Shown: positions 30,325 to 40,731 of the stretch, piece by piece
Layout: each line of letters opens with the position of its first letter
Position numbering within the stretch: position 1 is the first letter of the stretch
Assembly: GCA_965240465.1 (NCBI GenBank)
Contig: OZ251219.1
Location: forward strand, 480,001-544,000
DNA length: 64,000 nt
Source: a bacterium
GTDB taxonomy: Bacteria > SAR324 > JACQKK01
Direction: 5' to 3'
Program-made: the position numbers and the translations under genes
Notes under the pieces: generated by a model
The model's database searches: none
Told to the model about the DNA's origin: nothing
What the model saw: only the letters and a program-made list of their open reading frames with translations

Positions 30325-31431
30325 TCAAGAATAACTTCGCTGGAGGACTTGCTTTTGTTGATGATGTTCCTTGGCTAGCTGAATGAGGATATGGAGGATT
30401 TTTGAGTACGAGATTCCTCCTGCTTGGAGCAATTTGGGATACATGCTGATGGGAGTAAAGCCGGGGATGGTATTAACTTCATTGATCAACCATTGATTGC
30501 TGGGGGTAAGAAAGAAATCAACCCGAGCCATGGCCCGAATGTCCAGGGTTTGACAAACTTGCAGGGCCAATTCTTGGGCTTGTTTTTGTAGTGTAGCTGG
30601 TAGTTGAACAGGGATTTCCAATATAGCTGCTTTGGGGTTTATGTATTTGGCATGGTAGGAATAAAAATCTTGTTGAGGTTTAATTTCTCCTAGCACCGAA
30701 GCCATGGGTTTTTGTATGGAACTGCCTGGGCTACCGAGTACGGAGCATTCTAGTTCTCGTGCGGGGATGGTTTTTTCAATGAGAATTTTGTGGTCGTATT
30801 TAAGGGCGTCTTGGAGGGCTTGTTGATAGTCTTGGTTGTTTTGGGTTCTTTGTACTGCCACTGATGAGCCTAATCGGGCTGGTTTGATGAACACATCTGC
30901 CCCTAGTTGCCGTGAAACGACATCCCAGCTGGGTGGTGGCTGGGGATGCTCAAAGACCATCCAAGGAGCACAGGGCAAGTTTGCTTGAGTAAGGAGCTTT
31001 TTGGTAAGATCCTTATCTATGCAGATAGCTGATGAGGCAACTTCTGTCCCTACAAAGGGGACATTAGCCATATTGAGCCAGCCTTGCAATGTGCCGTCCT
31101 CGCCATCTGTGCCGTGGATAAGGGGGAAGAAGGTGGTAATATCGGCTAGGGGGGCGAGACTTTGAGGATCTACCCAGCGGATGCAATTTGTCTGGTTCAC
31201 TGGAATACAGGGCTTGGCTCGGGGCGAAATGTGAATGGTTTTGGTTTCTTGTACTTCGCTGAGGAGAGCCAAGGAATTTCCCAGTTGCCATTGTCCTTGT
31301 TGATTGATAGCTAGTAGCAATGGTTCATAAAGTTGAGGATCCAGAGCCTGACTGACTACCAGGGCCGACATGAGGGAAACCCTATGTTCACCACTACGTC
31401 CTCCACAGATGATGCCTATTTTTTCGGTCAT
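30325..31431 (-). CDS. ddl: D-alanine--D-alanine ligase
   Basis: GGRSGEHRVS, HGTDGEDG, GSSV, EVNTIPGFT.ISMYP. Confidence 0.95.
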   Translation of the reverse strand: MTEKIGIICGGRSGEHRVSLMSALVVSQALDPQLYEPLLLAINQQGQWQLGNSLALLSEVQETKTIHISPRAKPCIPVNQTNCIRWVDPQSLAPLADITTFFPLIHGTDGEDGTLQGWLNMANVPFVGTEVASSAICIDKDLTKKLLTQANLPCAPWMVFEHPQPPPSWDVVSRQLGADVFIKPARLGSSVAVQRTQNNQDYQQALQDALKYDHKILIEKTIPARELECSVLGSPGSSIQKPMASVLGEIKPQQDFYSYHAKYINPKAAILEIPVQLPATLQKQAQELALQVCQTLDIRAMARVDFFLTPSNQWLINEVNTIPGFTPISMYPKLLQAGGISYSKILHILIQLAKEHHQQKQVLQRSYS

Positions 31432-31460
31432 GCTTAGCTACTTAAAGGTGGAAAACGCAC

Positions 31461-31569
31461 GGGGGGCTAAAAAGCAGGTGACCAAAAGTCAGGGGCTAAA
31501 AAGCGGGTGACCAAAAAGCAGGTGACCAAAAAGCAGGGGACTAAAAAGCAGGGGGCTAAAAAGCAGGTC
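31461..31569. repeat. Degenerate ~16-17-bp tandem repeat
   Basis: aaaaagcagg[tg]g[ag]c[ct] units right after the PBP1A stop. Confidence 0.85.
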
Positions 31570-33678
31570 TTACTTGGATAAAGAATCTGGCAGTGGGTCT
31601 GAAGGTCTAAAGTAGTAGACATTGCTAGCGGGGCAATTGGAATAGATTTTTTTGGTATCTAGGTCGCAGAGTATTTTGGAGTGAAAGGCTTGGTTAGGGG
31701 ATGAGAAGGCTTTTGGTGGTTCTCTGTTAACGACTGCTTGCATGAATTCCTTCCAGATGATGGCTGGATCTTGGCCGCCGGATTTGTATATTAAGGGGTA
31801 GTTGTTATCATTACCCATCCAGATGCCGGCGGCTATTTGGGAAGTGAAGCCGATGAACCATACATCTCGGGCGTTGTCGCTGGTGCCAGTTTTGCCGGCG
31901 GCGGGGGTGCCTTTGAGACGAGCTCTCCAGCCGGTGCCGTGGGTAAGAACTCCTTGGAGGATGTGCCTAATTTGAAAGGCAGTCCAAGTGGAGATTACTC
32001 TTTTGGGTGCTTTGGGGGTGTATTTATAGAGTTCATCGCCCTGATTGTTGACAATTCGCTGGATATAGCGAGTGGGCTGGTAGCGTCCTTGATTAGCAAA
32101 TACGGCAAAAGCTGGGATGATATTTTCCAGAGTAGTTTCACTGCAGCCCAGTGCTACACATAGTCCTTTGCCGTGCCGTAGTTCCATGCCAAAGCGGCGG
32201 GACATTCTTTCCAGCGGTCTATTGCCGATCTGGCTGAGTAATTGTACTGCGATCACATTGCTGGAAATCTGCAATGCCCGTGAGAGTGTCATGTTCAGGT
32301 TAAGTTTTTTTTCCTTTTTCTTTTCTTTTTCTGAAAATCGTAGCAACCCATAACGATGTTGATTATTACGCGGGGTGTATGCCCGAAGATTTTCTTTTTG
32401 GTCTTTAGGATCAGGATAATCTTCAGAAGGCTCATAAGGATTGATGGAAACGGGCTGTTTGATTCTGGCTTTAACATTTTTATTCCAGTAATACGCGAAT
32501 GGACGGTCTTCAAACAGCGAGTGAGGATAGAGTCCTTCTGTGAATGCGGTAGCATATAAGAAGGGTTTGAATACCGAACCTGTTTGGCGTCTGGCTTGGG
32601 TAGTTCGGTTGAACTGAGATTTGGCATAATCGCGCCCGCCGATCATGGCTCTAACAAATCCACTTTGAACATCCATGGCTAAGAGTCCTAGTTGAATTTG
32701 ATTGGGATTCTTGACCGCCCAGTTTTCCACTGCTCGTTCAGCTGCATATTGCATTCTCAGATCCAGCCCAGTGTAGATTTTCCAGCCCCGACCCGAAATA
32801 CGCTGCTCTTTCAGCAAGCGGCGAGCTTCTTTTTTAATCTCATCCACAAAGTAAGAAGCTTGGGAACTCTTGGTGTACGGACGATAAACTTGGGGAGTAT
32901 TATTAAATGCCTCCTCATAAGAAGCCTCATCTATCCAATTCAAATCAAACATCGCCTGTAAGGTGTTTTGATAACGCTTCTTTAGATCTGTTAGCTGCTC
33001 AAAATCCAGCGTTGAGGCAGTATCATGTTGCAAAGAACGCAAATACCCCTCTGGCTTTTTTACCAAAGCTGCCAAAAATACCGCTTGCTGCAAATCCAGC
33101 TCCTCTGCCGTCCTGTGAAAATATACCCGAGACGCTTGCTCTATACCATACAACCCATTCCCAAAATACACCCGATTAAGATAAAAACCCAATAACTCAG
33201 TCTTGGAATAAGTCCGCTCCACCGCCAAAGCCATCCATATCTCCTTCAACTTGCGTGATAACTTCCTCTCAGATGAAAGCAAGGTCAACTTCACCAACTG
33301 CTGAGTAATCGTACTAGCACCCTGACCATAACTAACCGTCCTTAAATTAGAAAATAAAGCCCCAAAAACCCGCCTCGGATCTATACCATAATGATAAAAA
33401 AATCGCTGGTCCTCAATCGCTACCACCGCTTTTTGAACCCAAGGACTTACCCGCGACAAGGGCACCCACTGCCGATCCTCCAAACCCTCCACCACCGCAA
33501 CCGAATTACCATGCACATCCAACACCACCGTGTTCCCCGCAGATTCATTCACCGCTAACTGAAATTGCCGCACCACCCTCGGCGAAAATAAAAAAAACGC
33601 CACCACAAATCCCAATACCCCCATCAACAACAGCCACAACAACTTCTTAAACTGCACTTTCCTTAACTTCCAACCCAT
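31570..33678 (-). CDS. Bifunctional transglycosylase/transpeptidase, PBP1A family
   Basis: EDQRF..H.GID, GASTITQQLVK, RKLKE, GSVFKP (SxxK), SSN, KTGT. Confidence 0.93.
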   Translation of the reverse strand: MGWKLRKVQFKKLLWLLLMGVLGFVVAFFLFSPRVVRQFQLAVNESAGNTVVLDVHGNSVAVVEGLEDRQWVPLSRVSPWVQKAVVAIEDQRFFYHYGIDPRRVFGALFSNLRTVSYGQGASTITQQLVKLTLLSSERKLSRKLKEIWMALAVERTYSKTELLGFYLNRVYFGNGLYGIEQASRVYFHRTAEELDLQQAVFLAALVKKPEGYLRSLQHDTASTLDFEQLTDLKKRYQNTLQAMFDLNWIDEASYEEAFNNTPQVYRPYTKSSQASYFVDEIKKEARRLLKEQRISGRGWKIYTGLDLRMQYAAERAVENWAVKNPNQIQLGLLAMDVQSGFVRAMIGGRDYAKSQFNRTTQARRQTGSVFKPFLYATAFTEGLYPHSLFEDRPFAYYWNKNVKARIKQPVSINPYEPSEDYPDPKDQKENLRAYTPRNNQHRYGLLRFSEKEKKKEKKLNLNMTLSRALQISSNVIAVQLLSQIGNRPLERMSRRFGMELRHGKGLCVALGCSETTLENIIPAFAVFANQGRYQPTRYIQRIVNNQGDELYKYTPKAPKRVISTWTAFQIRHILQGVLTHGTGWRARLKGTPAAGKTGTSDNARDVWFIGFTSQIAAGIWMGNDNNYPLIYKSGGQDPAIIWKEFMQAVVNREPPKAFSSPNQAFHSKILCDLDTKKIYSNCPASNVYYFRPSDPLPDSLSK

Positions 33679-33702
33679 CCGCTCTCCCTATCTCCAACCC
33701 TA

Positions 33703-33820
33703 ATGCCTTCATAACTACCAATACCCTCATAACTACCAACGCCCTCATAACTACCAACGCCCTCATAACTACCAACGCCCTCATAACTACCAACGCCCTC
33801 ATAACTACCAACGCCCTCAT
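33703..33820. repeat. 18-bp tandem repeat x6
   Basis: acgccctcataactacca units upstream of PBP1A. Confidence 0.95.
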
Positions 33821-33912
33821 CAATTAATGCCTTCACCAGTCTCACCTTTAATGGTAAAACAGTATTAGCTATATTACCATTTCTAATGTGTCTTTACCCT
33901 AGCCAAATTCAC

Positions 33913-33960
33913 CCCCTCACCCCTCACCCCCTCACCCCTCACCCCCTCACCCCTCACCCC
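33913..33960. repeat. 7-bp tandem repeat (cctcacc) x6-7
   Basis: Directly visible. Confidence 0.9.
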
Positions 33961-34201
33961 CCGCCCCCCCCCATAAAATCATCGCCTCACAAACCTCTTG
34001 CCTTAAACAAAAGCTATAATGCTATGCTGTACCAACTCGCAAATGAAACTTCCACCAACTCGCAAATGAAACCTAGCTCCCCCACTTTTGAAAACAGCTA
34101 GGCAAACATCACTGAGAACACCGCTGAGAATGCTGCTGAGAACACCGCTGAGAACACGAGAACATCACCGAGAACATCACCCAACCCTCCACCCGAATAG
34201 C

Positions 34202-35026
34202 ATGAAACACTCATCCCTTTCAAACCGATCGCCACACCAGCTCCGTTCTGAAAACCAGCTGCTGATATTTGAACGACCAAAGCTGAGGAATCCGATCCTC
34301 ATCATGATCTCAGAAGGCTGGAACGATGGCGGATTTGCGGCTTCAGCTGCCGCGATCTGGTTGCAGGAACTCTGGGATGCCCAGCGACTGGCTAGCATAG
34401 AAGCCGAGGAATTCTATGTACTAACCGATACCCGCCCTAACATAATAGAATCCAAGGCCAGGGCTCCTAAGATAATTTGGCCTCACAACGAATTCTGGTA
34501 CATTTGTCTTCCTCAGCTTGAGCATGACATCGTGCTATTTTTGGGGGTAGAACCCAATTTACGCTGGAAAGATTATGCTCAACTGATTGTAAAAACTGCC
34601 CGCTCTTTGGGAATAGAAATGGTTTTCACCTTGGGGAGCTATTTTGCGGATGTACTTCACAATACCCCAGTCAAGATAAGTGGCTACAGCAATGACATCA
34701 ACCTGTCTGCCGACTACGGAATAAAACGTGCCGAATACGAAGGCCCTACTGGGATATTGAGTGTTTGTGCCGAAAGGTTTAGAAAAGAGCATCATACTAC
34801 GGTCAATCTTTGGGCTGCGGTACCACATTACATATCCATGCCGAATCCCAAGGGGTCATATTCTTTGTTGCAGGCTTTGTCTCGGATTCTCAACTTGGAG
34901 CTTGATCTGAGTGAGTGGAAACAACAAATTGATGAATTTGATAGCGAAATAGAAAAAATTATTGCCAAAAATCCCAATGTGAATGATTTCGTCCGTGAAA
35001 TGCGTAAACGAGCCCTGTTGAGTTAA
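34202..35026 (+). CDS. PAC2 (proteasome assembly chaperone) family protein
   Basis: EGWNDGG.AAS.A, G.EPNLRW, YEGPTGI, WAAVPHY...PNPK. Start taken at ATG 34202. Confidence 0.85.
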   Translation: MKHSSLSNRSPHQLRSENQLLIFERPKLRNPILIMISEGWNDGGFAASAAAIWLQELWDAQRLASIEAEEFYVLTDTRPNIIESKARAPKIIWPHNEFWYICLPQLEHDIVLFLGVEPNLRWKDYAQLIVKTARSLGIEMVFTLGSYFADVLHNTPVKISGYSNDINLSADYGIKRAEYEGPTGILSVCAERFRKEHHTTVNLWAAVPHYISMPNPKGSYSLLQALSRILNLELDLSEWKQQIDEFDSEIEKIIAKNPNVNDFVREMRKRALLS

Positions 35027-35037
35027 GCGGGATAGCC

Positions 35038-35241
35038 ATGCTACGCTTTCTGTTGTTTGTTGCTCTAGTAGCAATTGTGATCGGTCAAATACAGCACTGG
35101 CTAAGGAAAAAATCCTCCCGCACCGAACGAACCTTGGTTTCTTGCTCACGCTGCCAGCTTTTTATTCCTCCTCATCGGGCGGTATCCAAGAAAAAAGGTG
35201 GCAAAACAATTTATTTCTGTAGCCAAGATTGTGCCAAATAG
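35038..35241 (+). CDS. Small membrane-anchored TRASH/YHS-like metal-binding protein
   Basis: TM, then CSRC...P...A...YFCSQDC. Confidence 0.7.
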   Translation: MLRFLLFVALVAIVIGQIQHWLRKKSSRTERTLVSCSRCQLFIPPHRAVSKKKGGKTIYFCSQDCAK

Positions 35242-35274
35242 CTGGGTATTCGGATTCCTACCCATTCACTTACC

Positions 35275-35358
35275 AATTCATCCTCTCAGTTCATTCTCGC
35301 AATTCATCCTCTCAGTTCATCCTCTCAGTTCATCCTATCAATTCATTCTCGCAATTCA
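35275..35358. repeat. ~14-bp degenerate tandem repeat upstream of rodA
   Basis: ttcatcctctcag / ttcattctcgcaa units. Confidence 0.85.
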
Positions 35359-35397
35359 CTAAGCAGACAAATTCATTAAAGCGGAATTCGGAGTACC

Positions 35398-36699
35398 ATG
35401 GGTAGACGCATTTGGGGATATTTGGACTGGAGGTTATTGGGGTTGACCTTATTTATCAGTTTTGCGGGGATTATCGCTATTCATTCGGCATCTCGGGGGT
35501 ATCCTGGGGGTGATGATTTTTGGATACGTCAGACGTATTGGATGTTGAATGGATTGTTGGTAGCGGGATTGATGTTATTTTTTTCACCTCGCTTGATAGG
35601 TCGTTTTTCTTATTTAATACATTTGGTGGGAGTGATGATTTTAGCTGGTTTATTGCTGAAAACGGGCAGTGTTAATCGTTGGTACAATTTTGGGGGGATT
35701 TCCATTCAGCCTTCTGAGTTTGTAAAGCTGACGATGGTATTGGCATTAGCGTATCATTTTCGGGATGGGGATCGCCGTGGTTTGGGGTGGTTGATCATAC
35801 CCTTGCTGATATTTTTTCCTCCCTTTTTGTTGGTGTTGCAGCAACCAGATTTAGGAACCGCCTTGGTGTTGCTGATGATATTCTTGTTAATTTTGGTAGC
35901 CGCAGGATTAACGGGTAATTGGATGCTTACCTTAGCTGGGGTTGGGATAGTGGGTTTGATAGTTTTGGTGATGTCTTTTTACTGGGGTGATTATCGGGTT
36001 AGGGAAGGGGCGGGGAAGAATTGGAAGGATGCTGGTGCTAATCAGGAATTAGTTCAGCGATTAGAGCAATTGGAAGGGCAGCGTTTTTATTTTGGAGCTT
36101 CACTGCGCGATAAGTTGGGATCTTCTGATTTGGATAATGAGGAGCCCGAGTTATGGGAAATATTGAAGCAGGATTCTTATCGTACTTATATTTCTTATGC
36201 CCTGTTGCCTTATCAGCAGCGAAGACTGGCTGCTTTTGCCCACCCTGAGTCGGATCCGCTTGGGGCTGGCTATCACGTGAGGCAATCTAAGGTAGCCGTA
36301 GGTAGCGGCGGTTTTTTCGGCAAGGGACTAGGAAATAGCACCCAGGGTTCCCTGAATTTTCTCCCTGCCCGCCATACCGACTTCATCTTCGCCATTTTTG
36401 CCGAAGAATGGGGGTTCATGGGAGCAATGATATTCTTGATCGCCTATATGATGGTGTTAACACGAGGCTTTAACATTGCTCTTCAAGTGCCAGACCGCTT
36501 TGGGGCTTTCACCGTGCTGGGAATAATGGGGATGATCACCTTGCAGATGTTCATAAACACTGGAATGTCCATGGGCTTGGTACCTGTGGTAGGTATCCCC
36601 CTTCCCTTGGTGAGCTATGGAGGCTCTTCCATGCTTACCTCCTTAGCAGGATTAGGGCTGGTACTTAACATCGGAAAACACCGATTCGCTTGGAATTAA
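35398..36699 (+). CDS. rodA: Rod shape-determining SEDS glycosyltransferase RodA
   Basis: IQPSEFVK, QPDLGT, DPLGAGYH..QS..AVGSGG, FLPARHTDFIF, SYGGSS. Confidence 0.92.
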   Translation: MGRRIWGYLDWRLLGLTLFISFAGIIAIHSASRGYPGGDDFWIRQTYWMLNGLLVAGLMLFFSPRLIGRFSYLIHLVGVMILAGLLLKTGSVNRWYNFGGISIQPSEFVKLTMVLALAYHFRDGDRRGLGWLIIPLLIFFPPFLLVLQQPDLGTALVLLMIFLLILVAAGLTGNWMLTLAGVGIVGLIVLVMSFYWGDYRVREGAGKNWKDAGANQELVQRLEQLEGQRFYFGASLRDKLGSSDLDNEEPELWEILKQDSYRTYISYALLPYQQRRLAAFAHPESDPLGAGYHVRQSKVAVGSGGFFGKGLGNSTQGSLNFLPARHTDFIFAIFAEEWGFMGAMIFLIAYMMVLTRGFNIALQVPDRFGAFTVLGIMGMITLQMFINTGMSMGLVPVVGIPLPLVSYGGSSMLTSLAGLGLVLNIGKHRFAWN

Positions 36700-36915
36700 A
36701 ACTGAGGTTAAAGGGCTCAGTTTGACAAAATATCATGTAAATGCTGGCATGATAATGTGTATAATAATTTGAGTGATAGACATTGTCGCAAGGTATGTTG
36801 ATGAATGTTATTTTATATTGAATGACCGTAATTATTAGATAAATACTTAATATAGATTAGATAGTCTGTTTAACAAAAGATCAGCTAAGATTATTACTCA
36901 TAAAAAGTTGATATA

Positions 36916-37896
36916 ATGAAACTGAAGACCAACACTATTATTTGTGGAGATTGTTTGATTGTATTGCAAAAATTTCCCAGTAACAGTATAGATTGTGTAA
37001 TAACTTCCCCTCCTTATTACCAACAAAGAGGATATAACGGAATAGGTATAGGCAGAGAAAATGGATTAAATAATTACATTGAATCTCTACACGAAACATT
37101 TGATGAAGTGATAAGAGTTACAAAGAAAACAGGAAATATATTCTACAATATAGGAGATAAAATAAACAAGACTAAAGGTGCATTACTTATACCCTATAGG
37201 TTTGCTTTGCAAATGTTAGATCAATATAGGGAATTACAACTAATTAATAATATTACTTGGACAAAAAAAAACCCCACCCCACGACAGTATAATAGACGAT
37301 TAGTAAGTGCAACAGAACCGTTTTTTCATTTTGTAAAAAGTGGTGAATACTATTATGCAATAGATGAATATCTTGCCAGTAAATCCACAAAGAATCATAA
37401 ACATACTCCTAAATTGGGATTGAGGTATCTTGAATTAATCAAGAAATCTAACCTAAGTGAGCAAGAAAAAGAAAAAGCCAATATAGCTGTTAAAGAAGTT
37501 ATTGATGAAGTTAAAGCAGGAGAAATACATGGTTTTAGAGTAAAGATAAAGGGTATTCATGCTCCAGCATTTGGCGGTCAGGAAGGGGGAAGACAAACTC
37601 AAATAAAAAAGCAAGGATTTACTATTATTAAGTTAAAAGGAAACCAATTAAAGAAAGATTATGTTGAAACGGCTGTAGAAAGTCCCCGTCACAAAATTAA
37701 ACACCCAGCAGTATACCCTCTAAAACTTATAGAAGAGCTAATAAAACTTGGTTGCCCTCCCAATGGTATTGTACTTGATCATTATTGTGGAAGTGGCACA
37801 ACATTGGTAGCAGCTAAAAATCAAAATAGAAATTACATAGGGATTGAAATAAGCCCTGAATACTGCCAGTTATCACAACAGAGAATAGAGCAATGA
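36916..37896 (+). CDS. DNA methyltransferase (beta class)
   Basis: ITSPPYY, then HPAVYP and LDHYCGSGTT; AT-rich. Confidence 0.9.
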   Translation: MKLKTNTIICGDCLIVLQKFPSNSIDCVITSPPYYQQRGYNGIGIGRENGLNNYIESLHETFDEVIRVTKKTGNIFYNIGDKINKTKGALLIPYRFALQMLDQYRELQLINNITWTKKNPTPRQYNRRLVSATEPFFHFVKSGEYYYAIDEYLASKSTKNHKHTPKLGLRYLELIKKSNLSEQEKEKANIAVKEVIDEVKAGEIHGFRVKIKGIHAPAFGGQEGGRQTQIKKQGFTIIKLKGNQLKKDYVETAVESPRHKIKHPAVYPLKLIEELIKLGCPPNGIVLDHYCGSGTTLVAAKNQNRNYIGIEISPEYCQLSQQRIEQ

Positions 37897-38963
37897 CACC
37901 AAATGATATACTAAAATCACTGCTTTTAAGGAAAGTCACAGTAGAAATTAACCAAGAATTAATTGACTATCTAGATATGATAATAAAGGAAAGAGAAAAC
38001 AGAATAGCAGTTATGACGATGACTATATGTCTTTTGCTGAAGAAGCATACTGATCCCTCGCAGAACATTACCCTACATCAGGCAAAAATGACAGGTGGGT
38101 TTAGTGCAAGGGGTTTTGATGAGAGATTTGTTACTCCTTTTTTGAAAGACAACAAATTCCCATACATGAAAAGCGGTAGTGGCGCTCTAACACGATCATT
38201 GGAGCATTCTATACCTTTCAATTTAGGTTATACTGGAGGAATAACACCAAAAGAATTAAAAAAGGCATTCCTAGAAATAGTGGATAGTGTACAAAATCGT
38301 GGAGCAATCTCTGAAGAGCTACTAATATATATCCTGAATAAATTAGTTATCTACAGAGACAGAGATACTAGTATTAAGTTGATAATACCTTCTAATCTAT
38401 CAATTAAAGATATGGTAGCAAAATTACATCAACATTTTAATGCATGCAAACACGGAGCAAGACTACCACAATTAGCAATTTATGCAGTTTATACAATACT
38501 TACCAAAGAAATGGATAGATACAAACAACATACTTTATGTAAATTACAATCACATCAATCAGCAGACAGAAAGACACATTTTTTGGGCGACATACAAGTC
38601 AATGATGAAAACGGAATACCTTTTGAAGTAGTAGAGATAAAACATAAAATACAACTAACTGCCAATTTAGTAGAAGAGTGTTATGATAAATTCAAAACCT
38701 CAAAGATAAACACATTTTATCTGCTAAGCACTAATGAAGAGTTGAAAGAACCAGAAGAGATAAGCAATAAAATTATGTACATATATAAAACACACGGTTG
38801 CCAAATGATTGTGAATGGCGTATTCATTACATTAAAATACTATCTTAGATTACTTAGTGACCCCTATCTATTTCTTAACAAATATCTTGAATTAGTGGAA
38901 CAAGATAGTAAGTATGAGGTAAAAGTTAATTGGCAAAATATGTGGGATTCTGTTAACGAATAA
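37893..38963 (+). CDS. Probable type II restriction endonuclease
   Basis: ATGA-coupled to the MTase; PD-(D/E)XK-like GDIQV...EIKH; AT-rich. Confidence 0.7.
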   Translation: MTPNDILKSLLLRKVTVEINQELIDYLDMIIKERENRIAVMTMTICLLLKKHTDPSQNITLHQAKMTGGFSARGFDERFVTPFLKDNKFPYMKSGSGALTRSLEHSIPFNLGYTGGITPKELKKAFLEIVDSVQNRGAISEELLIYILNKLVIYRDRDTSIKLIIPSNLSIKDMVAKLHQHFNACKHGARLPQLAIYAVYTILTKEMDRYKQHTLCKLQSHQSADRKTHFLGDIQVNDENGIPFEVVEIKHKIQLTANLVEECYDKFKTSKINTFYLLSTNEELKEPEEISNKIMYIYKTHGCQMIVNGVFITLKYYLRLLSDPYLFLNKYLELVEQDSKYEVKVNWQNMWDSVNE

Positions 38964-39049
38964 GAAAGCAGAGCGACTTGTGAAAATATCAACTTGAAAC
39001 TAACTAGGCTTAGAGACAGCAGTGATAGAACTACTGCTACATGTGGAAT

Positions 39050-40636
39050 TTATGTCCGAGCCAGCAAGCGGGCCGCTTCCACCAGCAGACGAACCCCCTG
39101 GGCGGAACCGCCCGAGGGATAAAGGGGGTTTTTGCCATCGCTCCAAGCAAAGCAGTCAAAATGAGCCCAGTAGGTACTACCGATGAAGTGCTGTAAAAAG
39201 AGGGCCGCACTGATTGCTCCTCCAAAGCCTTGGGAAGAATCACTAGCAATATCCGCACATGAGCTATCCAACATTTGGCGATATGGCGAGTAAAGAGGCA
39301 ATTGCCAGCAATGCTCACCACTGAGAACAGCCGCTTTTTTAAGTGCCTCGGCTAAGGGCTCGTGATTGCAAAACAACCCCATGACTTCTTTGCCCAGTGC
39401 TACCCTGCAAGCACCCGTTAGGGTAGCAAAATCTACCAAATAGTCTGGCTGACTTTCCAATGCCAAGCTGAAGGCATCAGCCAACACTAGCCTACCTTCG
39501 GCATCGGTATCTTCCACTTCCACACTGGTACCAGACTTGGTCTCTAAAATGTCCCCAGGGCGATAAGACAAAGGCCCAATGGCATTCTCTGCCAAACCCA
39601 CCACCACGCTCACTCGCAAAGGAAGATCAAGACCCGCCAAAACCCAAAAGGCTCCCAACACAATTGATGCCCCTCCTACATCTTTCTTCATCAACCGCAT
39701 ACCCTGACGAGGTTTAATATCCAACCCACCGCTGTCAAAGCAAATCCCCTTCCCTACCAAACATAACTCAGGTGCTTCTGCAGGCCCTATCTCCATATGA
39801 ATCAACCAAGGAGGATGCTCTGCTCCACGCCCTACCGCATAAATAGCCCCATAACCCGCTCTTTTCAAGGCCTCACCTGTTATACTCCTTATCCGTGCCT
39901 TACATGCCTTACCCAAGGCCATCACCTGAGCCGCAACTGCCTCAGGATGTGCATGTGAAGCTGGATGATTAATCAAATCACGAGAAAAAAATACTCCCTC
40001 TGCCAAGCGTACCCCCTGACGACAACCCGACTCACTAGCCTCCCTGACAGAAGAATATTCCCCCGCTACCGCATCAGCTGGAAGAAACAACCGAAGTTGT
40101 TTCAATTTCTTTTTTCGCTCTGTTAAATACTCCTCAAACCGATAGCCCGCTAGCAATACCGCTTCTGTAACCAAGCGTACCAATACCTCCACCGATAATC
40201 CCGAACCCCGAGGCAACACCACCGATAACGAACTCAAATCCTCTTCTTGCTGCAGTGCTTTTACTCCAGCTGCCAAGTGGTTAACCAAGGAGGCCAGTCC
40301 CTCTTCTTGGGCTCCCCGAGCTTGGTTATTCAAAACCGAACCATCGCTATTATTCACGAATCTCTTCCGCTCCCCTAATCCGCAACATGACAATCTTAAC
40401 CCTCCCCCAGACAACAATAGCCGCCTACCAGCCTGACCCTGAAAATCCCGCTTTCTTATGCTCTCTGCCATCCAAGCTTGAACTTGTGAGCTCCATAATC
40501 CCAGCGGAAGTTCGGTCTCTCCCTCCCACATGAGAAGTAAAAACTCACCCTCTAAAACCTCAGCGGTAGCTTGATCTTCGGCTGTTAAAATATGTACTTG
40601 CGGCAGTCTATTGTTTAGTGAATCAAGGATTTTCAT
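39050..40636 (-). CDS. M17 leucyl aminopeptidase
   Basis: VGKGICFDSGGLDIK, MKKDVGG, DTDAEGRLVLAD, ATLTGA. Confidence 0.92.
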   Translation of the reverse strand: MKILDSLNNRLPQVHILTAEDQATAEVLEGEFLLLMWEGETELPLGLWSSQVQAWMAESIRKRDFQGQAGRRLLLSGGGLRLSCCGLGERKRFVNNSDGSVLNNQARGAQEEGLASLVNHLAAGVKALQQEEDLSSLSVVLPRGSGLSVEVLVRLVTEAVLLAGYRFEEYLTERKKKLKQLRLFLPADAVAGEYSSVREASESGCRQGVRLAEGVFFSRDLINHPASHAHPEAVAAQVMALGKACKARIRSITGEALKRAGYGAIYAVGRGAEHPPWLIHMEIGPAEAPELCLVGKGICFDSGGLDIKPRQGMRLMKKDVGGASIVLGAFWVLAGLDLPLRVSVVVGLAENAIGPLSYRPGDILETKSGTSVEVEDTDAEGRLVLADAFSLALESQPDYLVDFATLTGACRVALGKEVMGLFCNHEPLAEALKKAAVLSGEHCWQLPLYSPYRQMLDSSCADIASDSSQGFGGAISAALFLQHFIGSTYWAHFDCFAWSDGKNPLYPSGGSAQGVRLLVEAARLLART

Positions 40637-40731
40637 TGCTTATCAGTATTATGAGGCTTAGTGAGGGTTGATAAGGGTTAATCGCCAGAATTAGTCGCCA
40701 AGGATTAGTCATGCTTTAACGAGGTTGATTG

